Shown: positions 48,309 through 57,699 of the stretch, piece by piece
How the letters are laid out: each line of letters begins with the position of its first letter
How positions within the stretch are numbered: the stretch's first letter is position 1
Made by a program: the position numbers and the translations under genes
Notes under the pieces: generated by a model
Told to the model about the DNA's origin: nothing
Database searches by the model: none
The model's input: only the letters and a program-made list of their open reading frames with translations
Source: Candidatus Aenigmatarchaeota archaeon
GTDB taxonomy: Archaea; Aenigmatarchaeota; Aenigmatarchaeia; GW2011-AR5
Direction: 5' to 3'
DNA length: 64,000 nt
Assembly: GCA_016193585.1 (NCBI GenBank)
Contig: JACPRW010000006.1
Span: 293-64,292, forward strand

Positions 48309-49100
48309 ATGCCTGTCAATGCGCCAGCGGAATATTTCAAGGCCGAGGAGCGGTTCAAAGCGGCAAAATCAAAGGAAGAGCGCATCGTCGCGCTGGAAGA
48401 AATGATACGGCTTCTGCCGCGCCACCACGGCAGCGAGCAGATGATAGCGCAGCTCAAATCGCGGCTCGCAAAGCTCAGGCGGGAATCAGAATCGAAACGC
48501 GGGCCGAAAAAGACCGGCATCGCGAAGGAAGGCGACGCGCAGGTCTGCCTGATCGGCTTCACGCAGTCAGGCAAATCGACGCTGCTTGCCAGCTTGACCG
48601 GCGCCAAGCCGCGCATCTCGCCGCATCCGTACACCACCACAACGCCGGAAATCGGCATGATGGACTATATGGGCGTCAAGGTGCAGCTCGTTGAAATACC
48701 ATCCTCGTTCAGGCACGAACATCTGAGCATCGCGCGCACCGCGGACCTCGTCGTGCTCGTCGGCGACAAGGAGAGGGAACTGAAGCAGCTGATCGAGGAC
48801 AACTTCGTCCGCACCAGGAGCATTGCCGCGAACCCGCGCGAGCACCTTCCCGGCGACATAAAGGAGCGGATATGGAAGTCGCTCGGGCTCATTGTTGTAT
48901 ACACGAAGATGAAATCGAAGGCGGTCTCTCCCATGGCGCTCAGGAAAGGGTCGACGGTCAGGGATTTTGCGCTGCGCATTCACAAGGACTTCGTCGCGAA
49001 CTTCCGCTTCGCGAGGCTCTGGCGCCACACGGCAATCAAGCAGGTCGGGCTGAACTACACGCTCGAGCACGGCGACATCGTGGAGCTCCATGCGAAATGA
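48309..49100 (+). CDS. DRG/Obg-like GTP-binding protein with C-terminal TGS domain (short, possibly degenerate G domain)
   Basis: GFTQSGKSTLL P-loop; C-terminal TGS-like VVYTKMK...YTLEHGDIVEL; G3/G4 motifs weak. Confidence 0.55.
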   Translation: MPVNAPAEYFKAEERFKAAKSKEERIVALEEMIRLLPRHHGSEQMIAQLKSRLAKLRRESESKRGPKKTGIAKEGDAQVCLIGFTQSGKSTLLASLTGAKPRISPHPYTTTTPEIGMMDYMGVKVQLVEIPSSFRHEHLSIARTADLVVLVGDKERELKQLIEDNFVRTRSIAANPREHLPGDIKERIWKSLGLIVVYTKMKSKAVSPMALRKGSTVRDFALRIHKDFVANFRFARLWRHTAIKQVGLNYTLEHGDIVELHAK

Positions 49101-49229
49101 GATGCCCTAGGTACAGGTGAAATGGAGCTTCGCATAGCATCGGTGGGCATCTCAAGTGAAAAGTACAACCCGGAAGTTGCAGTATCATACTTTTCACAAT
49201 GATTTAAGCAGGGCACGCGAACATATCGT

Positions 49230-49586
49230 ATGTCATTCCATGAGGCACTCGGCCAGTCGGGCATCCTCGTCATCATCCTTTTCATCCTCTTCGTGATTGC
49301 CATCAAGAAATCGTATGAGATACTGAAGAACGTAATCCTCATCGCGGGCGCTGCCATCCTGTTCCCCCTTGTCATGAACAACATGCTCGGCTTCTCGCTC
49401 AGTACGAGCGCAGACGCGGTGGTGATGTACATAACCGCCGGCGTCGGCTTGTACCTGCTCTACCTCTTCGCCAAGTCAATCTACACGTTCCTCGGCATCG
49501 TTGAGAAGTCGGCGAAAGCTGCTGCCTCTCCGGTACGCAAAGTTATCAAGAAAAAAAGCGCGGCGCAGGACAATGATGCAGACTAA
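49230..49586 (+). CDS. Small membrane protein, hypothetical
   Basis: 3 hydrophobic helices. Confidence 0.4.
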   Translation: MSFHEALGQSGILVIILFILFVIAIKKSYEILKNVILIAGAAILFPLVMNNMLGFSLSTSADAVVMYITAGVGLYLLYLFAKSIYTFLGIVEKSAKAAASPVRKVIKKKSAAQDNDAD

Positions 49587-49588
49587 TA

Positions 49589-49790
49589 GTAAAGAACATT
49601 GATTTTGGAACATTTTACAATGTTCTTTCCCTATAGCAGATTGTGGTTAAAAGTTCCATTATTATTACAATCTGCTATAGATAATTGCGCAGCTTATGTC
49701 GTATTAACGCGCAATTTTCTATAGGTGAATCGCAAATAATATCAGAACATAACCAGTGCAATTCACCATATAATGTCAAACAAGAAATAA
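49589..49790. repeat. MITE family R1 followed by H3/H4 hairpin units
   Basis: See 10570-10672; intact H4 at 49711-49754. Confidence 0.8.
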
Positions 49791-49820
49791 AAATAATCGG
49801 TATCATTTATTTGATTCACA

Positions 49821-50444
49821 TTAGCCCGTTGCCGACAGTTCCAGCCTGATGTCGGGGACGCTGAGGGATGCCGCTGCACCGGTTATCATTATCCCATCGG
49901 CAATCTCGACAGTGCCGAGGACGTCCTGCAGCACGACAAGCTTGTCTGCGAGCCTCAGCTCAGCTCCGCGGGCGGACAGCACCGCATTGCCGGCAACAGA
50001 GAGCTCCGCTATCGTGACGTTATCCATGACGAGCGTCCCGAATGACCCGGAGCCGCTGATGGAACCTTCTGCGAACATCGCTCCGGCAACCTCAATTTTC
50101 TTGTACGTTCCCTGCAGTTCGAGCGTCTTCCCGGAGAGCGTCCCTGCGCCCCTGAAACCCTGTACCGCTATGCTGCCGTTTGTTTCAATCCTGCCGCCTT
50201 TCACGTCAGCCGTGAATGCCTGCGGCTGCAGGATGAGACGTGCATTCGTGCCGCTGAACGTTACATTGCCGTAGCTGTCGGCTGCGAGTTCAAAAGAAAC
50301 GTTGCGGGCTGGCTGTATATCAGGAAGACTGAAGGACACCTTCTCGCCGAGAGCGTTAGCGAATTCAGCAAAAGGCCCCAGCGAGAACCCTGCCGCAAGA
50401 ACAATGCCCATGATGAGAACCGTTGCCACGATTTTCCAGTCCAT
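49821..50444 (-). CDS. Secreted beta-rich repeat protein (signal-anchored), hypothetical
   Basis: N-terminal TM; Gly/Ser/Thr-rich repetitive beta-strand pattern. Confidence 0.45.
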   Translation of the reverse strand: MDWKIVATVLIMGIVLAAGFSLGPFAEFANALGEKVSFSLPDIQPARNVSFELAADSYGNVTFSGTNARLILQPQAFTADVKGGRIETNGSIAVQGFRGAGTLSGKTLELQGTYKKIEVAGAMFAEGSISGSGSFGTLVMDNVTIAELSVAGNAVLSARGAELRLADKLVVLQDVLGTVEIADGIMITGAAASLSVPDIRLELSATG

Positions 50445-50491
50445 ATACCCCGCCTTTGCTTCGCAAACTCGTCCCTAGTATTGAATGTAAG

Positions 50492-50624
50492 GGCTCTGTA
50501 GAAACCCTAGGTAAAAGCACCCGTGGAGACCTGTTCATCCTTTTGATGAACAGGTCAGCTAGAGGTATCGTCAACAGACGATACCTCTCCCGCGGGTGCT
50601 TTTCTTGAGCATTTCTACAGAGCT
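50492..50624. mobile_element. 133-bp MITE with 13-bp terminal inverted repeats (GGCTCTGTAGAAA / TTTCTACAGAGCT) and perfect 8-bp target-site duplication AATGTAAG
   Basis: TSD at 50484-50491 and 50625-50632; internal nested perfect hairpins (aaaagcacccgtgg/ccgcgggtgctttt; gacctgttcatc/gatgaacaggtc; gaggtatcgtc/gacgatacctc). Confidence 0.7.
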
Positions 50625-50811
50625 AATGTAAGTTATCGTTCAGTATCCCATTCTATACATCTGGCGGCTTGCTTAAAAGGTTTGGAAGATTGTAAAAATG
50701 GCGGAGGGGTTCCGGTAACCGTTCAAAATTTTTGAAAAAAACTCAAAACATACTTTTAAAGTTTTCGGTACATTGTTCCCTTGTTGCTTCCCGTCATTCT
50801 GGTGATATCAC

Positions 50812-51972
50812 ATGCAACTTATGCAGTCTGACATTTTCGGCATGGTCGTCTGGTTTGTCATGCTCTTCGTATTCTTCTTCTTCTACCCGCGCCTCATGCT
50901 GGCGCAGCTCATCTTCAAGATCGAGCAGTCCGCGCGCAAGATGGAAATAATGTCGGAACACGCGAACGCGATGGCGGCCAGGAAAATAAACAAGCGCCCG
51001 CATCGGGAACTGAAGCAGTCGGTAGACAACTTCACCGACATCTTCGTCGTCGAGCCGTCAGCCATCGACCCGTACGGGCTTGTCAGGAAGGTCGACCAGA
51101 CCATCAGGCAGATGGAAACGAGGTTCGACTATTTCGTCGACGAAGTCGCAAAGGACAAGAGCTACGAGGAAAAACAGGAAATAAACTATGGCCTGCGGGC
51201 TGCAGTCGGCCTGCGGCAGATATCGAAGATGGTACGCCACTTCGTGGAAATCGCGAAGAAGTTCAAAAATCTCCAGATAGCGATGATTCTCCAGATGCAG
51301 CTCCCCATCATCGAGAAAATAGCAGAATCAGAGCTGCATGGCACGGAAGCGTTCGTCAATGGCTGGCCTATCGGCGATTCCATCGGCCCGCTCGTCGCGG
51401 CGTCACTCATCGACAAGAGCAAGGAACTGGCGGAAGACGTGTACATGGGCGAGAAGGTGATCGATGGCAGGAGGTGCTTCGTCCTCAAAGCGAACGGCCC
51501 TGCGCCGCACCTCGGAAGAATCGACGAAGCTATGGAGGCAGTCATGAAAAAGCACCGCATAGCCCGTGTCATCACGATTGACGCTGCGCAGAAGCTCGAA
51601 GGGGAAAAAACGGGGAGCGTCGCCGAAGGCATCGGCTTTGCGATGGGCGGCATAGGCCAGCGGGAGCTCATAGAAAACGTTCTGCTGCCGAAGCGAATAC
51701 CGATAGACAGCATCGTGATCAAGGTCGGGATGGCCGAAGCGATAGAGCCGATGCGGAAAAGCATCTACCACGCGGTCCCGAAAGCGGTCGCTGCAGTCGA
51801 GAAAGCTGCCGGCAGGGCAAAACGAGGGGAAAAAGTTATCGTCATTGGTGTCGGCAATTCATGCGGCATCGGCAACAGCAAGAAAGAGCTTGACGGCCTC
51901 AAGGACATTGTCACCGAGCTTGACAAAAAGATAAAGGAGGCGGAGGCGCAGAAGAAAGGCGGCTGGTTCTGA
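50812..51972 (+). CDS. Conserved archaeal membrane-anchored protein, DUF1512-like
   Basis: N-terminal TM, 386 aa; family assignment from memory, unverified. Confidence 0.4.
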   Translation: MQLMQSDIFGMVVWFVMLFVFFFFYPRLMLAQLIFKIEQSARKMEIMSEHANAMAARKINKRPHRELKQSVDNFTDIFVVEPSAIDPYGLVRKVDQTIRQMETRFDYFVDEVAKDKSYEEKQEINYGLRAAVGLRQISKMVRHFVEIAKKFKNLQIAMILQMQLPIIEKIAESELHGTEAFVNGWPIGDSIGPLVAASLIDKSKELAEDVYMGEKVIDGRRCFVLKANGPAPHLGRIDEAMEAVMKKHRIARVITIDAAQKLEGEKTGSVAEGIGFAMGGIGQRELIENVLLPKRIPIDSIVIKVGMAEAIEPMRKSIYHAVPKAVAAVEKAAGRAKRGEKVIVIGVGNSCGIGNSKKELDGLKDIVTELDKKIKEAEAQKKGGWF

Positions 51973-52047
51973 ACCGTCTTCAAAACGTCACCGTTCAGAA
52001 ATAACATTTATATAGTTTGTTAATCGAGTAGATACGGAGGAGAAACT

Positions 52048-52869
52048 ATGGTTGCTTCGGCTAAGACCCTTGACGCGCTCAAAACGATAGGCCTGAACAA
52101 ATACGAACGAAACCTGTGGGTCGCGCTGCTTTCCCGGGGCGCTTCAACCGCCGGAGAACTCTCCGATATTTCTAACGTCCCCCGCTCCCGCTGTTATGAT
52201 GTCTTAGAATCACTGGCAGACCGCGGCTTCACGGTCATTCAGCCTGGCAAGCCGCTCAAATACGTCGCCATCCACCCGAAAGAGGCACTGGAGCGGGCGA
52301 AAAAGAAGATCATCGAGAACGCGCAGGAGACCGGCGAGAAGATCGACCGCCTCGTGAAAAGCGACGCGATAAAGGAACTGGAACGCCTGCACAAGGAGAA
52401 CATCAGGACGGTGAAACCCGAAGACCTTGCCGGCGCGCTCAAGGGCAGATACGCCATGCACCAGCAGATAGAATCAATGCTCAAAAAGGCGAAGAAGTCG
52501 GTAAAGGTCGTGACGACCGAGTCCGGCCTGCTCGAGATTGCCGAGAACCACCTTAACCATATCAAGCGCGCGTCGGAGAACGGCGTCAGGATACAACTTG
52601 CAGCGCCAGTGGGCAAAACAACCGCCGAGACGGTGAAGGAGCTCGGCAAGTACGCGCAGATACGCTCGATGGAAACCGAGCGCCCGAACGGAATGCTCGG
52701 CAGGCTCTGCGTCGTCGACGGCGAAGAATTCCTCCTCGGACTGACCGATGACCAGAAAACACACCCGACGCAGGACGTCACCTTCTGGAGCCAGAGCAAT
52801 CATGCCGCTTCCAACTTCATCGAGCCCATGTTCGAGGTCGTCTGGCAGAACTCGAAGCCGGTGAAATGA
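52048..52869 (+). CDS. trmB: TrmB-family transcriptional regulator
   Basis: N-terminal TrmB wHTH (NKYERNLWVALLSRGASTAGELSDISNVPRSRCYDVLESLADRGF). Confidence 0.75.
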   Translation: MVASAKTLDALKTIGLNKYERNLWVALLSRGASTAGELSDISNVPRSRCYDVLESLADRGFTVIQPGKPLKYVAIHPKEALERAKKKIIENAQETGEKIDRLVKSDAIKELERLHKENIRTVKPEDLAGALKGRYAMHQQIESMLKKAKKSVKVVTTESGLLEIAENHLNHIKRASENGVRIQLAAPVGKTTAETVKELGKYAQIRSMETERPNGMLGRLCVVDGEEFLLGLTDDQKTHPTQDVTFWSQSNHAASNFIEPMFEVVWQNSKPVK

Positions 52870-52990
52870 TTTTTCTTTATCTTGAATGCCTTGAAAACTG
52901 CTGCCTTCAGGCAGCAGATGCAACACAAGGCATTCGGGATGCCATGCTCCACGGAAACCACCGACTTCAGTCGGTGGTATACAGGAGCAT
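52868..52990. repeat. Second copy (inverted) of about 120-bp repeat R8
   Basis: See 8893-9013. Confidence 0.75.
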
Positions 52991-53149
52991 ATCATTTGGC
53001 TTTAGAAATATAGCCGATGACATTGGTTTTCGTACAGTTTCTCATGTCATCTGTAGAGCCTATCCCAGTAGATAGAAAACCGTGTACCAGAGCCTGACAC
53101 GCCTAGAGGTTTGCGATGGAAAATCACTACGGCATTAACCAAAGATAAT

Positions 53150-53425
53150 TGACAAATGACCTTAATGGGATAGACGCTTATAGCAGATTGTAATATGGAG
53201 AAATGCGCAGCATATGTCCTTAGAGGCTGCGCATTTCTCATCTAGCGAATTGCGTTTTCATAGGTCATAAGCAACGCAATTCTCTATAATAATGGAACTT
53301 TTAACCACAATCTGCTATAGGGAAAGAACATTGTAAAATGTTCCAAAATCAATGTTCTTTACTATTAATTATAGCAAGGACAGAACTTTGTCTGAATAGT
53401 TCTGTCACTTGCTATAGTATTCAGC
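53150..53425. repeat. MITE family R1 carrying a nested 101-bp family-R5 element (53186-53286) in its hairpin loop, followed by a family-R3 unit
   Basis: Empty site gtaaTAataatgg present in other R1 copies; TA duplicated at 53184-85 and 53287-88. Confidence 0.8.
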
Positions 53426-53810
53426 CATTATGATAATGAATGCTTCCTTTACAGCCGGCAGCACGCATGGCATCCTTTATTTCTTTTTGCTGCCGCGGGC
53501 CCACAATTGTACTGACCACCAACGGCTTGTAGAGAACAGGAACGTCATCCGCTGACTGAGGTACACGTGCATCCCCTTCCATAACACCGTACACAATAGT
53601 CGCATGTCTCGGCCTGTTGAGCAATGGAATCCGTTCCAATAGTCTATCAAGAAATCCATGACCTGTTTGCCAACCTGACGGAATCATCCGGGTTTCATAC
53701 AGCAAAACCCTGCCCTGAGGCGTATCAACAGCCCTGACATTTCCACGCCTGTATAAAGACCGAAGCGTTCCGTCGGGAATTTGGTATTGTGCCATATGAT
53801 AAGCTCGCAA
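53421..53810 (-). CDS. Hypothetical protein
   Basis: 129-aa ORF, co-oriented and 6 nt from next ORF. Confidence 0.35.
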   Translation of the reverse strand: MRAYHMAQYQIPDGTLRSLYRRGNVRAVDTPQGRVLLYETRMIPSGWQTGHGFLDRLLERIPLLNRPRHATIVYGVMEGDARVPQSADDVPVLYKPLVVSTIVGPRQQKEIKDAMRAAGCKGSIHYHNG

Positions 53811-53816
53811 ACATGT

Positions 53817-54620
53817 TTATTCGGCTACATGCGTCCTTTGCGGCAGCGCACCAAGTTGCATGAGCTGCTTACCCACATGAAGCGTGTTTCCCAATCCAGA
53901 ATCCGCATACGAGCGCTCGGCTATCTCTGCGTACCGTTCTACTCTTTTTCCTTCTCTGCCTGCCCTGAGAACAGCATCGCCAAAACCGACCAAGCCCAAC
54001 CCTATGTCTGGCGCGAGATAGAATGACTGCCGTGGAGCGACCGTAGTCCCTTCGCATGCTACTACCTCTTCCTCGATTCTCCTTTCGAGCGCGTCGAGGT
54101 ACGCCTCCAGGGCACTTGCTCCATCATGTTCAAGCTGTTTGCCTCTTTGGAGTAAACCAAACATGCGGGTCGGCGTGAGAACTTTGCGGGTAGCCCTGAG
54201 CGGCTCTGGTGAAATGACAAATGTTTCATTGTACCCTGAGAGAAATAGCTCCTCTGGATTATTGTTGTACCGTCCGCCGCTCCGTGAAGGATTGAACACC
54301 AAGGTTGCCGCATTGGAAAAACCAGAGGCATACGGGTCTTCCTCCCCGCCTGCCCGATCGTACGTATTGTGGGGATAGAATAGTGTTGCTGCTCTTTCCA
54401 AAGGAACGCGCTGCCAGTGATGCAGTATGGCGTATGCCAAGGCGTTTCCGTACGCAGGTTTCCGTGCATCTTCAGGCCGTGTCTCGAGTGCTGCCCGCAC
54501 CCATACCAACCTTTTCCGGTAATCAAGGAGATGACTTCTATACGCTTTCGGCATCCCTGCTTCCAGTTCAGCGACCGTCGCATTGAATAAAGCAGTGAGA
54601 TTTTGCTTTCCGGCTTTCAT
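53817..54620 (-). CDS. Hypothetical protein
   Basis: 267-aa ORF. Confidence 0.4.
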   Translation of the reverse strand: MKAGKQNLTALFNATVAELEAGMPKAYRSHLLDYRKRLVWVRAALETRPEDARKPAYGNALAYAILHHWQRVPLERAATLFYPHNTYDRAGGEEDPYASGFSNAATLVFNPSRSGGRYNNNPEELFLSGYNETFVISPEPLRATRKVLTPTRMFGLLQRGKQLEHDGASALEAYLDALERRIEEEVVACEGTTVAPRQSFYLAPDIGLGLVGFGDAVLRAGREGKRVERYAEIAERSYADSGLGNTLHVGKQLMQLGALPQRTHVAE

Positions 54621-54651
54621 AGAATCATTTTACTACCGAAAAGTATTAAAA

Positions 54652-55071
54652 TTATGCTCTCCGTACCACTTTCTTCTCCAGCAGCTTTCCCGGCACCAGC
54701 AGCAGGAAGACGAGGGCTGTCGTTGCCAGCGCAACCACGTAGAAGCCGGTGCCGACCGCGATGCCGATGGCGGCAAGGACCCACATCTCCGCCGCGGTGG
54801 TGAGGCCGTGTATCTTGTCCTTTGCCATGAATATGGTGCCTGCGCCAAGAAAGCCTATGCCCGTCACGACGCCTGCTGCTATCCTCGTCGGGTCGACGCT
54901 GCCGCCTGCGATCATGACCGAAACGAGCGCGAAGAGGCAGGAACCCAGACAGACGAGCGCGTGCGTCCGCATGCCCGCCGGCTTGCCGTGCAATTCACGC
55001 TCGATGCCGATGATACTGCCGAGCAGCGCAGCCACCACCAGCCGCACAACAAGCTCGGCTTCTGCGACCAT
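54652..55071 (-). CDS. mgtC: MgtC/SapB family membrane protein
   Basis: AALLGSIIGIERE...GIGFLGAGTIF MgtC signature. Confidence 0.75.
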   Translation of the reverse strand: MVAEAELVVRLVVAALLGSIIGIERELHGKPAGMRTHALVCLGSCLFALVSVMIAGGSVDPTRIAAGVVTGIGFLGAGTIFMAKDKIHGLTTAAEMWVLAAIGIAVGTGFYVVALATTALVFLLLVPGKLLEKKVVRRA

Positions 55072-55147
55072 GATACTATTTGGTCGGCGCGGTTAATAAG
55101 CATGACTGTTGTAAACGACCAAATCGATAGCGTGCTACCATCATCTG

Positions 55148-55450
55148 CACAAGTCTTATAGCAGGTTCGAATGAAAAGTTCCAGTAGTATTCGAACCTGC
55201 TATAGCTCTACAAGGAAATAAACACGATACGAGGAGAATCGAAGATTCTCCTGTACAGGTGGATTCATGGAATCCACCTTGTATTACTTCCTTGTTTGCT
55301 ATACATGGTGAAACAACGTTTCACCTGTACAGGTAAAGCTTTGCTTTGCCATGTAGGTGACGCAAATGTATAATATCGGTATTATTTATTTGCTTCACTA
55401 TAACGCGCAATTTTCTATAGGTGAATTGCAAATAATATCAGGACATAACC
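55148..55450. repeat. Tandem array of MITEs: R2 unit, AGCTCTACAAGGAA-type element (copy of 157-265), H4 unit
   Basis: Direct comparison with copies elsewhere in window. Confidence 0.8.
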
Positions 55451-55528
55451 AGTGCAATTCACCATATAAAGCAAACACAGAAACAGCCGAACGGCAAATC
55501 TCAAAAAGTTGAAGAACATACATGGCTC

Positions 55529-56200
55529 GTGGTACTTGCTTTTGGAGAACACCTGTACAGGGAACTCGAAGTCCTGCTCCGCAGGACACTTCCTGATTTT
55601 GATGAGCCGTCGGTGCGGTATCTCGCCTGCCGTCTTGCAACAGCAGAAAATGTGCCATTCGAAGTAATCAGGCTGTACCGGACCGGCCTGGAGGCGGAAA
55701 TGGTGCCAGAAACACCGAGGCAGGAAGCATACAAAAGAAAACTTGGGCTTTCCCAAAGGATTGGCGATGGTTGCCTCGTTCATTGCATCTTCTACGATGA
55801 AGATAGGGACCCTGAGAGAACAATGAGCATGCAGAGAGGCCGCCCCATAAGGCCAGCACCTGCATCGTATGAAGTGCCTTCTGTAGACAGGAGAAGCTCT
55901 GCTCATGAGAAGCCTCCTGGTGTGCCATCGGCATCAAAAACACCGATTCAGCCGGGAATAATACTGATGAACGTGGGTAAATCTGGCTATCATATGGCAG
56001 AGCTCTACGCAGCATTGCTGGACCTCCCAGAACGTTCCGTATACGCGCGCCTCGCAGACAATTTCCCTGAGATAATCGCACGAGTCGGCCCGCACCTGCA
56101 AAGAGAGTATCTCGGAGTCACTGAACCACCGCAACGTGTAGTGCTGCATAAACCAGGGGGCGGGAAGACCCTTTTGAGGGTGAGGATGTCGGCGAATTAA
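55529..56200 (+). CDS. Hypothetical protein
   Basis: 223-aa ORF. Confidence 0.4.
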   Translation: MVLAFGEHLYRELEVLLRRTLPDFDEPSVRYLACRLATAENVPFEVIRLYRTGLEAEMVPETPRQEAYKRKLGLSQRIGDGCLVHCIFYDEDRDPERTMSMQRGRPIRPAPASYEVPSVDRRSSAHEKPPGVPSASKTPIQPGIILMNVGKSGYHMAELYAALLDLPERSVYARLADNFPEIIARVGPHLQREYLGVTEPPQRVVLHKPGGGKTLLRVRMSAN

Positions 56201-56207
56201 TTGCGTA

Positions 56208-57656
56208 TTATCCCTTCACATTCCCAATAGGCGCAAGCTTCACGACCTTCTTCGAGATGCCTGCCTGGTGTACGGCGTTGATGACCTCATCGATGTCCTT
56301 GTACGCTCCGCCTGCCTCCTCGGCGACGCCCGACATGCTCACGCTCTTCACATAGATGCCGCGCTTCGCCATGTCCTGAATGAGCCGGTCGCCGCGGTAG
56401 AGCTGCTTTGCCCGTGCCCTGCTCATGGTGCGGCCGCTGCCATGACAGGTCGAGCCGAACGTTTCCTCCATCGCCTTGCTCGTGCCAGCAAGTAGGTACG
56501 ACCCTGTTTCCATCGAGCCGCCGATGATAATCGGCTGCCCGACGCTGCGGTATTTTTCAGGCACCTCTTCCCTGCCAGGGCCGAAAGCCCTGGTAGAGCC
56601 TTTGCGGTGGACAAGCACTTCCTTCGTCTGACCGTCGAGCTTGTGCTTCTCCAGCTTCGCGGTGTTGTGCGCCACGTCATAGACCTGGTGCATGCCCATG
56701 TCCTCGGCGCTTCTGCCAAAAACTTTCGAAAACACTTCACGAATGCGATGAAGTATTACCTGACGGTTTGCAAACGACATATTGATGCCGCACTGCATGG
56801 CGGCGAAGTAATCCTGCCCTTCCCTGCTCCTGAACGGCGCGCATGCGAGCTCGCGGTCCAGCACCTTGATGCCATACTTCGGCATGACGTTGAGGAACGT
56901 CTGCAGGTAGTCGGTGCCGATCTGATGGCCAAAGCCGCGGCTGCCGCAGTGAAACATTATTACAATCTGTTCAGTCTCGGTGATGCCGAACGCCTTCGCT
57001 GTCTCGGCATCATTGATGTCCTTGGCGTACTGTATCTCAAGGTAATGGTTTCCTGAGCCAAGCGTGCCGATCTGTTCCATGCCGCGCTTGATGGCACGGT
57101 CGCTCACCTTTGATGCGTCGGCGCCCTTCATGACGCCGTCCTCCTCGGTCATCTTCAGGTCTTCTTCCCAGCCGTAGCCCTGCTCGATGCACCACCGCGC
57201 ACCGGTTTCGGTAATTTCTCGGAACTGCTGCCTGTTCAGCTTGACAAAGCCTGTTGAACCAACGCCGGCAGGGACGCGCTGGAAGAGGTTATCGACTAAT
57301 TCTTTGATTCTGGGGCGGACATCTTTCAGTGTGAGGTTTGTCGTGAGAAGCCTCATGCCGCAATTGATGTCGAATCCAATCCCGCCAGGAGAAATGATAC
57401 CTTTCTCTACATCAAACGCCGCGACGCCGCCTATGGGAAATCCGTAGCCCCAGTGACCGTCAGGCATGCAATACGCATACTTGAGAATGCCCGGCAGGCA
57501 CGCAACGTTAGTGACCTGATTGTACACGCCGTCGTCCATTTCCTTGACGAGCTTCTCGGTCGCGTATATGCGCGCAGGCACGTGCATGCCCTGCTTGAAG
57601 GTTTTTGGTATTTCCCATACCGTGTCGGATACTTTTTTCAGCTCTGGTGGAGCCAT
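56208..57656 (-). CDS. rtcB: RNA-splicing ligase RtcB
   Basis: 482 aa, conserved metal-binding His/Cys blocks (HCGSRGFGHQ, catalytic His region). Confidence 0.85.
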   Translation of the reverse strand: MAPPELKKVSDTVWEIPKTFKQGMHVPARIYATEKLVKEMDDGVYNQVTNVACLPGILKYAYCMPDGHWGYGFPIGGVAAFDVEKGIISPGGIGFDINCGMRLLTTNLTLKDVRPRIKELVDNLFQRVPAGVGSTGFVKLNRQQFREITETGARWCIEQGYGWEEDLKMTEEDGVMKGADASKVSDRAIKRGMEQIGTLGSGNHYLEIQYAKDINDAETAKAFGITETEQIVIMFHCGSRGFGHQIGTDYLQTFLNVMPKYGIKVLDRELACAPFRSREGQDYFAAMQCGINMSFANRQVILHRIREVFSKVFGRSAEDMGMHQVYDVAHNTAKLEKHKLDGQTKEVLVHRKGSTRAFGPGREEVPEKYRSVGQPIIIGGSMETGSYLLAGTSKAMEETFGSTCHGSGRTMSRARAKQLYRGDRLIQDMAKRGIYVKSVSMSGVAEEAGGAYKDIDEVINAVHQAGISKKVVKLAPIGNVKG

Positions 57657-57699
57657 CCCTTGTCATTCACCTCATTTTCTCTGAGTATTACTAGGAGCC

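Noticed and set aside
52474-52995. 173-aa ORF antisense to trmB
   Set aside because: It overlaps the well-supported TrmB gene and the R8 repeat. No motifs.
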